Of a stretch of DNA of 64,000 nucleotides, positions 39,482 to 49,117 are shown in pieces (the stretch's first letter is position 1; each line of letters begins with the position of its first letter). The stretch lies in the NCBI GenBank assembly GCA_000165345.1, contig CM000435.1, positions 1,024,001 through 1,088,000 on the forward strand, in the 5' to 3' direction. The position numbers and the translations under genes are program-made. Below the pieces are notes generated by a model that searched no databases, was not told the origin of the DNA, and saw nothing but the letters and a program-made list of their open reading frames with translations.

Positions 39482-42226
39482 CTAAGAAAAGAAGTCAGAA
39501 ACTTGAACTTCCATTTTGACAGCGTCAGTACAGCCATCGTTGTACCTGTAAATGCAGAAAGAGCTTGGTTTCTCTGAATTAATTTTTGATTTTTCTTTAA
39601 CTTTTAGTTTGTTAATTAGATCTTGGAATTTAGGAATAGAGACAAAAATATCAGCCGGTACTTGTTTTTCAAGTAACTTATTTTTTTCATTTGATCGTGT
39701 ATTTTTTTTACAAGAAGATTTGGGGTTAAAGTAGTGAATTCCTGGGATAATTTCTTTGGAAATATCTTCTCTGAAAAAATCTATCAACTGGTTAATGAGA
39801 GTGTAAAACCCAATATCGTAAATGAACTTTCCAGGGCTTGGAGGTAAAACTGAGGGATTTCTGACATATCCTGACTCTATTGAGTTAGTCAGACATTGAA
39901 AAGTGTAAAGGGATTCAATATTTGGCTTGAGGAAATGTGAGATTTTACTGTTTGTAGTATTTTTCTCAGAAAATAAGCCACGGGTTTGGTCTTCAAACTT
40001 TAATCCAAAGCAAATCATCTTTGAGATGAGGTTTTTGAGAATTGAGAGGGATTCTAACTCCTCAGAACTGAGAGATTTTCTGTCATTATTGATGAGACAT
40101 TTAAATTTTGGGAAAATTTTGGTGGATTTCCATACATTGAGATTTTTTAATAAACCAATTCCATTGAAATGAGTTAACATGGAAGGTAAAGTGTATACTT
40201 TGAAGGCATTTGTCATGGTTTCTACTCTTATTGTTTCTATTGTTGAGGAGGAGATATCCCTGTAAATACTGTTGATCGAATTTGAAATATTTTGTGAAAA
40301 AGTAAAGGTTGAGGAGCCTAGATGCCTAAATTGGTTACAATGAAGTCCCATGATTCTCTTGGAAACAAGAGTTGCTGAACTTAAGAATGGAACTAATGAA
40401 TTTGTTCTTGAGAAAAGAATATTATGTTCAACAATTGAGTCTAAAATTAGTTTCAAATAGTCGTAGTAGAAATCACTCATCAAGTTACAACGGTATATAT
40501 TCTCGTTAAGTAATCCAGCAAGGTTTAATCCGAAATTTGCTAAACATTCTTCTCCATATTCCAGCACATATTCAAAGACTTCATTTTTCTTTATTCCAGA
40601 TTCAAGTCCAAAACATGTTTTAATAAACCCTGAAATATCCTGATCCAGATCTTTGGTATAACAACAATTCTCAAAATCCTCCCAATATATTGGAATCTGA
40701 GCTTTTTTCTCTCTTATATTCCCATTTTCCCCATCTTCTTTACTAACCTCTTTCTGGCTCATCAAATATATTGAGTTAAGACATGATCTAATATCACAAT
40801 TATGGATCTTAATAAGTTCATTCAGAATTTCATCATCCTCTAGCTTCAATCTTTCGCTTCTACAAACATAACTAAGCCTTTTAAAGATCTTTTCCTTTGG
40901 AGGAGATGGAATTACAATGTTTAATGACTTCGCTCTTAGAGATCTTAGAGATCTTTCGTGGATATCGTTACAGATACATATTATTGGCCTACTAACTGTC
41001 TCACGGGTTTTAGAGTGAGTTTCTGACAATTTTACCAGGAAATTAAAACAATCTGATCTCTTCACAGCTCCACTATTTGACAAACTATCCAACTCATCTA
41101 TCATTATTAAGCTTGGCTTACTAGACCCTCGAATAGTCCCAAAATTAATTCCCATCTTAATTGAGTTCTCAAAGCTCTCTATTGTCTTCTCATCTGAAAC
41201 CTTTATCTCATTCACATTATATCCACATTGTTTTGCTAAGATCTTAACCATACTTGTCTTTCCACTCCCAGATGGACCTCCAATTAATAAAATAGGAATT
41301 TCTGGTGCCTCAGAACCTTTATTAGAGCTTTCTGATTTGAATACAAAGTTATCCCAGCTCTTAATCCATCTCAAAATACCTCTAATTGAACCCTCATCAT
41401 TTACTAAGTCTAAACAAGACTTTGGTATATATTTGGTTGTTAGTACTGGCCTATTTGTATATGTTCTTGAGATTTCATTCTTTTCAAAATCATTATTTGA
41501 ATCTTTGCTTGTCTTAAACTCTAGTAATGATTCTTCTAACAAATCCTTCTCTAGTTCAAGTTCTACAACATCAACATTTAATCTATTCCTTTTAATACTT
41601 CCTACAGGCCTTTCTTTAGATTTTATCTCCCCAAGTAAATTCAAAGTATCTTCTTTTTCCCAAGTTTCAACAAAGAATGTCTTAGAAGGGTTATATACAC
41701 CTGAAAATCGAATTATGCCTTTATTTAATCTTTCCATAGAAGAAATATTCTCAAAGATCTTATTTGATCTAGAATTATGTTTATCAATTTGCAATGTCTT
41801 TATGGAATTTAGGCCAAAAGTATCGTAAGCTTGCTCAAAGTCTAAATCATAGTCTATTGACTCAAATCTTGAGAAATCTAACTCTATTAATTCTTCTTCT
41901 TGAACTCCCATTCTATGATCTGAACTCTGACTTAGACTAAAATCCATGCTCACATCCATACCTGAATCCATTTTAATGCTTTCCTTTGTTCTAGAGTCGT
42001 TTAATCTTTTGTCCAGGTTATGTAAAGCTTTGGAAAGGGAAGTTTCACGAATATTTATAGAAGAGTTCTCATCAAGCTCTATACTTTCGCTTCCAGATAT
42101 GGGTTGGGGAGGAACATGTAATTCCTCACTCTTTTTCTGACCATCCAATTTCTTTCGCTTGGTTTCTGGCTTCCCTACCAAGCCAAAGGATTCATCCTCA
42201 CTCCAGTCTTCTTCTATGTCCCACAT
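39482..42226 (-). CDS. RFC-like AAA+ clamp-loader large subunit, closest in form to Ctf18 (CHTF18)
   Basis: The Walker A is LLIGGPSGSGKTSMVKIL and the Walker B is SLIMIDELDSL. An RFC-box block follows: RPIICICNDIHERSLRSLRAKSLNIVIPSP...NCDIRSCLNSIYLM. This matches CHTF18 ...CNDQFAPSLRQLKQQA...FPPT...DNDIRACINTLQF. The protein is 914 aa and starts with a real ATG. Confidence 0.6.
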   Translation of the reverse strand: MWDIEEDWSEDESFGLVGKPETKRKKLDGQKKSEELHVPPQPISGSESIELDENSSINIRETSLSKALHNLDKRLNDSRTKESIKMDSGMDVSMDFSLSQSSDHRMGVQEEELIELDFSRFESIDYDLDFEQAYDTFGLNSIKTLQIDKHNSRSNKIFENISSMERLNKGIIRFSGVYNPSKTFFVETWEKEDTLNLLGEIKSKERPVGSIKRNRLNVDVVELELEKDLLEESLLEFKTSKDSNNDFEKNEISRTYTNRPVLTTKYIPKSCLDLVNDEGSIRGILRWIKSWDNFVFKSESSNKGSEAPEIPILLIGGPSGSGKTSMVKILAKQCGYNVNEIKVSDEKTIESFENSIKMGINFGTIRGSSKPSLIMIDELDSLSNSGAVKRSDCFNFLVKLSETHSKTRETVSRPIICICNDIHERSLRSLRAKSLNIVIPSPPKEKIFKRLSYVCRSERLKLEDDEILNELIKIHNCDIRSCLNSIYLMSQKEVSKEDGENGNIREKKAQIPIYWEDFENCCYTKDLDQDISGFIKTCFGLESGIKKNEVFEYVLEYGEECLANFGLNLAGLLNENIYRCNLMSDFYYDYLKLILDSIVEHNILFSRTNSLVPFLSSATLVSKRIMGLHCNQFRHLGSSTFTFSQNISNSINSIYRDISSSTIETIRVETMTNAFKVYTLPSMLTHFNGIGLLKNLNVWKSTKIFPKFKCLINNDRKSLSSEELESLSILKNLISKMICFGLKFEDQTRGLFSEKNTTNSKISHFLKPNIESLYTFQCLTNSIESGYVRNPSVLPPSPGKFIYDIGFYTLINQLIDFFREDISKEIIPGIHYFNPKSSCKKNTRSNEKNKLLEKQVPADIFVSIPKFQDLINKLKVKEKSKINSEKPSSFCIYRYNDGCTDAVKMEVQVSDFFS

Positions 42227-42392
42227 TGCGGAACAACGACCTGGAGGATTGAATCTGATTTAAAGCTAATTAGTTAATTAATTCCCTGAGGGTTTTTTGT
42301 GTGATTTTTAACTTGTCATGCGGCATTTTCACTTCCCTTTTTACCTTTTCACATCATTTTGCTACTTTAATACGGACTTAGCACCCCTCTTG

Positions 42393-42403
42393 TTTTGGCG
42401 CGC
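42393..42403. promoter_or_regulatory. E2F-like TTTTGGCGCGC motif in the Ctf18-like/MARCH divergent promoter
   Basis: The string ctcttgttttggcgcgcatatg was read directly. Confidence 0.4.
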
Positions 42404-42543
42404 ATATGCATTAATTAAATTCAAGCATGCTGTAAGATTAATGATTAAAAAAAAGGTATTAAAGTTCAGAAAGAAGGTATTAAAGAAACCAGAGCATTAA
42501 TTGGCTGTTTGAATGGGAATAGCGGACCATTAGACCGTCAAAA

Positions 42544-43191
42544 ATGCCTGAATATATTCAGATAGTGGGAGATGAAGATTCAAGAAGTAATACAAATGAT
42601 ACATGTTTTATATGCCTTGAAGATTCGTCCCAAGGAAAGCTTAAGCGATGTTGCTCTCAATGCTATGCAGTTGTACATGGGAAATGTTGGTCAAAATGGA
42701 GTAGTTCACAACAGATTGCAATCTTGAGAAGTATTTTGCTTGGAGAAGAGAGAAGAGAGTTAAAGCTATGTTCAATTTGCAGAAGTGGATCTATTAAGAT
42801 TGAACATTCAGAGGATGACTCTGAAGATTTTTCAAAAGCTCTGAATGGAGGTTTAATTTATAGATTCTTTAGAATTATTGCAAACAGAGTATATGGTAAT
42901 CAGTATGGCTCTTTTATGGTTTCATCAGTAGATAATCCTTTCTCAAACCTTAGAACCTTACTAATAAATGGAGTGTTTCTTTCACTATTTTTTATATATA
43001 TTCTATATCAAGAAGAGCATTCAGATGCCAAGAGTTTGATTACAATATCTTTATGGGCATATATTACATTAGTATTACAGTTTCTGACAATAACAGGAGT
43101 ATATAGAAGACAAGTATTGGATGAACTGGCAATAGATGAGCCAAGTCTAACTGATACATATGAATCTGTGAGACCAAACGAACAAATATGA
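42544..43191 (+). CDS. Membrane-bound RING-CH (MARCH-type) zinc-finger protein, a probable E3 ubiquitin ligase
   Basis: The Cys/His spacing is C4HC3: CFIC..(11)..CCSQC.AVVHGKCW...(24)..CSIC. Two predicted TM helices follow: VFLSLFFIYILY and ITISLWAYITLVLQFLTITGVY. Confidence 0.55.
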   Translation: MPEYIQIVGDEDSRSNTNDTCFICLEDSSQGKLKRCCSQCYAVVHGKCWSKWSSSQQIAILRSILLGEERRELKLCSICRSGSIKIEHSEDDSEDFSKALNGGLIYRFFRIIANRVYGNQYGSFMVSSVDNPFSNLRTLLINGVFLSLFFIYILYQEEHSDAKSLITISLWAYITLVLQFLTITGVYRRQVLDELAIDEPSLTDTYESVRPNEQI

Positions 43192-43288
43192 TAGGAATTT
43201 AGATTATGTTTAAAGAAGAAAAAGTTTAAGTGAAAACTTAACAAATCTTAGGTTGGAATAATTCTATAATATTTAGATTTCTACATAA

Positions 43289-44284
43289 TTACTTATCTTC
43301 TTCTCGGGTAGATGAGCTTTCTGAGATTTCATCCTCTTTATCCTGTGAAAAGTAGAGGTCAATATTGTCCAACAAGTGTTTTTTCAATGCATTCAAACTT
43401 TGAAGTTGGGTAGCGAGGACAATCCTTTGTAACATTAACGGGACAGAACCACCAAGATCCATCTTTTGAGCGAAAAAGAGTTCAGTTTCACCTTTAAATT
43501 GACGAATTAAGAACCCAACAAACTTGATTTCTCCCCTTACATATGACTCAGTGACAGGAATTTCCTCTTCAGATTCAGTAAGATTTTTAGTATCAGACAC
43601 AGAGGAAGCGACCAAAGCATAACAATTATCGCTTAGGGTAAAGTTTCTCCCCATAATGAGAAATTCCCTTCCTTGAACTCCCATCATTCCTCTATAGCAC
43701 TGTTTAGCCAATGCTAAATGCCCTAAATAATAAATAATAGATGATTCTGCACAAGTACTGTCGTACAAAGGTTTGTTCTCAACATTGATCATGAAGTCAA
43801 AGATTTGCTTTGGTGTTAAGGATGTTCCAAATGAGCATTTCCCAACGTAAGTAGATAATGCGTCTTCTGATTTGGAAGAAGAAGAATCAAATCTACTACA
43901 GAGTGCATCCCCCATGTTTCCCAGATTCACATGAACTTGTGGAGTTTTCTGGCAGCTACCAAGCGCTTTAAAGTTGGATTCGCTTTCTTGAGCGACATTA
44001 AAATCTTCAATTACGCTTAGAAAAGAGTTCAAAGCTTCTTGGGTCTTCTGGATATACTCTTGGTATAAAACTTTTTCCCTTTCTGTTTTTGGATATACAA
44101 CTTCAAGCCGTTCTCCAATGATAGCCCCATTGCTCGCTACATTTGAAGGATACTCGGAAGTAGTGTTTCTTGTAGCACATCTAGTTTGATTCGGGGACGA
44201 AGTACCTTGGTTTTCTGTTGTTTTCTTTTCTAGTTTGTTAGAGACAGAATTTGTCCCATTTACTCCACTTAAAAGATCCCACAT
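43289..44284 (-). CDS. START (StAR-related lipid-transfer/Bet v1-like) domain protein
   Basis: The C-terminal stretch YVRGEIKFVGFLIRQFKGETELFFAQKMDLGGSVPLMLQRIVLATQLQSLNALKKHL is typical of the last strands and helix of a START domain. A real ATG is present and the protein is 331 aa. Confidence 0.5.
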   Translation of the reverse strand: MWDLLSGVNGTNSVSNKLEKKTTENQGTSSPNQTRCATRNTTSEYPSNVASNGAIIGERLEVVYPKTEREKVLYQEYIQKTQEALNSFLSVIEDFNVAQESESNFKALGSCQKTPQVHVNLGNMGDALCSRFDSSSSKSEDALSTYVGKCSFGTSLTPKQIFDFMINVENKPLYDSTCAESSIIYYLGHLALAKQCYRGMMGVQGREFLIMGRNFTLSDNCYALVASSVSDTKNLTESEEEIPVTESYVRGEIKFVGFLIRQFKGETELFFAQKMDLGGSVPLMLQRIVLATQLQSLNALKKHLLDNIDLYFSQDKEDEISESSSTREEDK

Positions 44285-44633
44285 GGACTAATTATTACAA
44301 AGTTAAAAATACGTCAAATATCAAGGAAAATGTGAATTTTATTTAGCTTTTCCTTTGGGGTTCCCCCTATCTCTTCCCAATGCAAAAACGCATACTAGTT
44401 GTACCGCCCATTACGTGTTCTGCTCGAATTTTTGTAGTGATGGATGGCGCACAAAAAAGCTTTGCATGCAGCTCGGAAAATGGGAGAAAATAGGTCCAGT
44501 ATGATGAATAGGAAAAATTCTAGAAATATAGGAAGTGAGCAATATATAGAATAAGGAAAGAATATAATATATATTTGTTGAGGATTAGGATGGTGGATTA
44601 AAACATAGGAATATTTCTACCTCATTTTTGCAG

Positions 44634-45470
44634 CTACTCTGGGTCTGATGAGTCAGAGTCTGACTGATTACTAATTAAATGTAAACCTCTATATTTTGAA
44701 TGAGAGTGTGTTGAGTGTTTGTGTGCATGGCTTTCATGAATATTTGTTGTTTGTTGAGGAGTTTCGTAAGAAGCACTATTGTCCAGGTCGTGAAATGAAC
44801 CGGAAACGTCTCTTGAAGAGATTTCAGATCCATAATTCGACTCATATTCTTGAATGCTAAAGCTTTGTTCAACTGGCACACTATTATAAAATCCTGGCTT
44901 ACTAGAGAAAGCTTTGATTAAATAGCTTCCTAACCCTTCAACATAGATAGGCTCTGAATATATCTGTTCTTTTGAGCCATTTAACTGGTAAATAATAACA
45001 ACATTCTTTTGAATAGATGTTATTTCAATTCTTTTTGAAGACGGAGATATTTCAATAAGTTTTATCTTGGGTTTTAAACACGGGAGTTGTTTAGCATTAT
45101 AAAGCTGTGATAACTGAATATGAGCAATTGATGGACAGGGAAATCTGTAGCTTGGCCTTTTGGAGAGATCTTTACCTGTAAGATCATCATATTCAGGAGG
45201 AGCTCTGGTTGTTCCAGAATATCTTAAGCTGATATATGCTATATTTCCGAGAGTTAGATTCTCAAGAACAGACTCTAATTAATTAAAAGTATAAAATTTA
45301 GTATTCATACATTTATATTAAAGCAATTTCTTAAAATTGAAAAATTCATACTTACCTTGGTTTTTGGATCTTTCTATGAGCTCTAATCTATGGTCAACTC
45401 TTGCCAATGTAGACTCTATTTTTCTCTTTAACTCAATAAATTTATCAATATTCTCATCGTTTACAATCAT
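44634..45470 (-). CDS. Hypothetical protein of about 251 aa encoded by two exons. Exon 1 is 45356..45470 and exon 2 is 44634..45274, with an 81-nt GT-AG intron at 45275..45355. It has an N-terminal coiled coil and a His/Ser-rich acidic tail.
   Basis: Exon 1 encodes MIVNDENIDKFIELKRKIESTLARVDHRLELIERSKNQ and carries one extra nucleotide. The donor is CCAAG|GTAAGT and the acceptor is AATTAATTAG|AG. The phase-1 junction gives ...NQESVLENLTLGNIAYISLRYSG... This continues in frame into the tracked ORF 44634..44879, whose apparent start is a GTG. Confidence 0.55.
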
Positions 45471-45768
45471 TTAAGCAGATATATCAATTTTTATCAAAAC
45501 CAAATTCAACAAAAATTGAGATCCCTATATAGACTCCCACTTTTCCTTCTCCTTTCCGTCCTTAACTCAGATTAACTAAATTACTATATATTATGAGAAG
45601 ATCTTTTTAAACCTAATAATATAGTTTTTTAAAGATAAATAAATTTGCCTACTATTTATTTTTTTCTTCAAGTTATTTATTTTTATTATTCTTCTATGTT
45701 AAGGGGTAACGTAATTAAAGGACCCTTGCGGGATTTAAAGTAACTTAGATCTACAATAATTTAAGAAC

Positions 45769-45781
45769 TTTTGGCGGGAAA
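45769..45781. promoter_or_regulatory. E2F-like TTTTGGCGGGAAA motif in the divergent promoter between the spliced gene and the gene at 46112
   Basis: The string gaacttttggcgggaaagtgcagc was read directly. Confidence 0.45.
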
Positions 45782-46111
45782 GTGCAGCACATTTTTTAAA
45801 CAAATTATTACATGCGAATAGAAAATATGATAAGATTGTTTAAAAAAATGCATGAAACAACTATAAGATATAAATATAGGATATGGGATCTGGCAGAGAA
45901 GAGAAGAAAAAAGAAAGTCATGATATTTAAAGTCAACATAAAAGAACTCTGTAATAGTGATCGCAATTGATTGAATGTGTAATAGAGACAATACATGGGA
46001 GGGTTTAATGTCACGTCGTTTTTGTGCGTAGTAAAGCGAAAAAGAGAGAATTTGAATTTAAAAAATATATATATATATAGGAAAGTAGTGACGAAATCAT
46101 ACTTTTGAAAT

Positions 46112-46831
46112 ATGGAAGAGCCCAGAGTCACTTATTCAGAAGACCGTAGACGCCAATCCGAGTTGTTAGCAGAGGCTCAAAATCAGGCAATGGAGGGGGA
46201 ACTCTCTAGAGGCTTCTTTGTATCAACAGAGGTGGAGAATAACCAATCAAGCGTCTGCGGAATTGGCTGTGGATCAAATGGGCAAAGACTTACCCATACT
46301 ATACGTGCGTTCACTAAGCCAATCCCAGTAGCTCCAGGTCAAGTAAAGCTAAATTCTGCTGATGAATTGATTGGAAAGCCAATAATTAAGCAAAGATTAA
46401 ATGAAATGTACACTAACAGGAACCTAAATACATCTACAACCAATAAATTTATGTCTTTTGGAGTAGCTTCTTTGAGATCAATGAATTCTAATGCGCTTTC
46501 GTCATATCGTTCAACAGGTTCAGGTTCTATGCCTACGAATAGAAGCTATACATATTTAAGCCAAGTAAATACTAACAACTTTAGCACCATGAATACAGGT
46601 ATTTCCCAATATTCAAGAGGAGTCACTTCAAATACTTCATCAGTCTTTAATACTTTCACAACAATCTTGAATGGCTTGTGTAGTTGTCCAGGATTCATCT
46701 CGGTATGCAATAACAAGAAAAAAATACATGCAATCGAGCAAGAGCAAATACCTTCGGATTCCGACTTTGCTGAATCTGGCTCTGAGAGTGATGATGCAGG
46801 CCTAGATGTTGCTCAGGAAGAGCAAAACTAA
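46112..46831 (+). CDS. Hypothetical Ser/Thr/Asn-rich protein of 239 aa with an acidic C-terminus. No domain was recognised.
   Basis: An ORF with a real ATG at 46112. Its composition is low-complexity. Gene status is supported mainly by ORF length and by its position downstream of an E2F-like site. Confidence 0.4.
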   Translation: MEEPRVTYSEDRRRQSELLAEAQNQAMEGELSRGFFVSTEVENNQSSVCGIGCGSNGQRLTHTIRAFTKPIPVAPGQVKLNSADELIGKPIIKQRLNEMYTNRNLNTSTTNKFMSFGVASLRSMNSNALSSYRSTGSGSMPTNRSYTYLSQVNTNNFSTMNTGISQYSRGVTSNTSSVFNTFTTILNGLCSCPGFISVCNNKKKIHAIEQEQIPSDSDFAESGSESDDAGLDVAQEEQN

Positions 46832-47671
46832 TCGATAGTTAATGAAAACTTAATATCGGAGTAACAAGATGTAAATCAAACCACATATAAGTTTATTATT
46901 TTTTTTATTCAAATATTAATTTTTTTATATAATAGAAAAGAAGTAATTAATTTCCACTTTTTCAAAGTCGGAGCACCGAATGCAACTTAAAAAGATTAAT
47001 GATTTCTATTTCTATTTTGAAAAGTTGACCGATTTTCAGTAAATGTTTTTTTCCTAATGTATTTTTTGAGCTATTATGAGTCATTTTTTCAGCAGTAGAA
47101 GATAAACAAAATCTAAAATACTTTATTCTCTATTGAAAGAAGAAAGAAAACTCAAACAAATTAAGAATTTTCAAAAGAAGATAATAATTCATATCTAGAG
47201 TTTAACGAAATTTGACTACAGGACTCATTCCAAAATAGGTTTTAACTGTAGATATTCTGCTCAGTTCTTTCTAACACATAACTTCATTAATTTATTTAGT
47301 AATGAAGATAAGGTTTCCCCGATAAATTGAACATTGTGCGCTTTTTGCATTGGCCTGCATGAAAGCAAATATCCTCGGAATTTAGTGGAAAATTCAGCAA
47401 TAGATAAAAATTGTCCACATGATTGTATATAAAAAAAAATAGTTAAATAATAGTAAATAAAAAATAGTATTTCGCACAATTAGCATTTTTTGGTTTTGAG
47501 AAAGGCCAATTTAAATTCTAATCAATGTTTCAAAGATTTATAAATCTTAATTCTTGCAGTTCTCCTCTGTATGTTCTTATTAGTATTACTTTTCCTCCCA
47601 TAGTTATTTCTGCTATAACTCTTACTTGTATACCAGAAGTTACATTATTTGAGAGCTAAATTGTGAGTTAC

Positions 47672-47680
47672 TTTCCCGCC
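47672..47680. promoter_or_regulatory. E2F site TTTCCCGCC about 80 nt upstream of RAD23
   Basis: The string gagttactttcccgccttgtc was read directly. Confidence 0.45.
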
Positions 47681-47757
47681 TTGTCTTTTTGTAAGTTAAA
47701 CAAAAAAAAACAATTAAAGGTAGAAAAAAGTCGATTCAAAAAAATTTAAGGAACGCG

Positions 47758-48783
47758 ATGAAGATTAAGATCAGAACAGTTCAGAATACAGAGATGGAGG
47801 TAGAGGTGGAAGCAGATTATTCTATTGAGAAAGTAAAGCAGGCAATTCAAGAATTGAACCCAGTAATGGAGGCTTCGAGACTAAAGCTCATTTTTGCTGG
47901 AAGAATATTGAATGATTCTCAAACTGTTCAGGATGTTGGAATAAAAGAGGGAGAGCGATTGGTAGTTCTTTTATCTAAGGGTGCTTCCCAGAAGGCAGCA
48001 GAAAGTCAACAGAATAAACAAAACAATACGTCAAATGAATCAAACACAAATACAGATCCAGCAGCAAGTGCTACAACTTCAAATATCCAAGCTCAATCAG
48101 GGAATTCTGATCCATCAATAGATTCAAGAGCCTCAGCTTTATTAACAGGGACAGAACTTGAGAAAACTATTACAAATATTGTAAATATGGGTTTCGAAAG
48201 AGAACAAGTTACAAGAGCAATGAGAGCAGCATTTAACAATCCAGATAGAGCTGTTGAGTACCTTACTTCAGGATTACCAATTCCAGAGAATCCAGTGGCA
48301 CCTAATCACACTAATATTACACCAGTAAACTCAAATGCTTCTTTGAATGCAGGCTTAACATCATCAGAAGACTTGTCATCAGAACAGCTCCCGGGAAATT
48401 TGGAATCGCTTAGAACTAACCCATTATTCCAACAACTGAGGTCTGTAGTTCAACAAGATCCAAGAATCCTCCCAGAGCTACTTGTAAGAATTGGTCAGTC
48501 AAATCCTGAGATCCTCCAACTTATTACAGAAAATCAAGAAGAGTTTATACGAATGATGGAGAGAACTGACTCTGATGAAGTTGGAGAAACTTCCCAATTT
48601 CCAATGCAGACAACTATTCAGCTTACTCCCCAGGAAGCCGAGTCCGTTGAACGTCTGCAGGCCCTCGGATTCCCAAGAAATGCTGTCATTGAAGCCTATT
48701 TAATTTGTGAAAAGAACGAGGAGCTTGCTGCAAATTATCTTCTCGAAAACAGTGCCGATTTCTTTACTGATGGTGCGAACTGA
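47758..48783 (+). CDS. RAD23: UV excision repair protein RAD23 homolog, with the layout UBL - UBA1 - XPC-binding domain - UBA2
   Basis: The N-terminal ubiquitin-like domain reads MKIKIRTVQNTEMEVEVEADYSIEKVKQAI...LKLIFAGRILNDSQTVQDVGIKEGERLVVL. UBA1 reads ITNIVNMGFEREQVTRAMRAAFNNPDRAVEYL. The XPC-binding region reads NPLFQQLRSVVQQDPRILPELLVRIGQSNPEILQLITENQEEFIRMM. UBA2 reads SVERLQALGFPRNAVIEAYLICEKNEELAANYLLEN. Confidence 0.9.
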   Translation: MKIKIRTVQNTEMEVEVEADYSIEKVKQAIQELNPVMEASRLKLIFAGRILNDSQTVQDVGIKEGERLVVLLSKGASQKAAESQQNKQNNTSNESNTNTDPAASATTSNIQAQSGNSDPSIDSRASALLTGTELEKTITNIVNMGFEREQVTRAMRAAFNNPDRAVEYLTSGLPIPENPVAPNHTNITPVNSNASLNAGLTSSEDLSSEQLPGNLESLRTNPLFQQLRSVVQQDPRILPELLVRIGQSNPEILQLITENQEEFIRMMERTDSDEVGETSQFPMQTTIQLTPQEAESVERLQALGFPRNAVIEAYLICEKNEELAANYLLENSADFFTDGAN

Positions 48784-49037
48784 GCCTCCTTTAACTCTTT
48801 TTTGACTATAATGTTTTACCGAAAATCATTCAAGTATTTAATTCTTTAATTTAAATTCACTAGATCCAACTCTTCAGATTTTATAATTCACCTCACTTTT
48901 CACCTTCTTCTTTCCTCTTATTACACTCTCAAAGTTTCTCTTTTTTCTTTCTTCGCATTTTAAACTTCTCCTTTCCCACCTTATTCTTTGTTGTTTTCTT
49001 AATAAGAAGATTAGTGCGAAACTTTAACTACATGTCA

Positions 49038-49047
49038 TTTTGGCGCC
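49038..49047. promoter_or_regulatory. E2F-like TTTTGGCGCC motif upstream of the GDI/REP gene
   Basis: The string catgtcattttggcgccattgac was read directly. Confidence 0.45.
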
Positions 49048-49117
49048 ATTGACATTCGGCACCAATTTGTATATTTAAACCCAATTTCTATTTGAAATAC
49101 TTGATACTTTAAAAATT

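Noticed and set aside
47261-47479. 72-aa minus-strand ORF in the 0.9-kb region upstream of RAD23
   Set aside because: Low-complexity and AT-rich, with no motif support. The region is more plausibly a long RAD23 5' flank or UTR.
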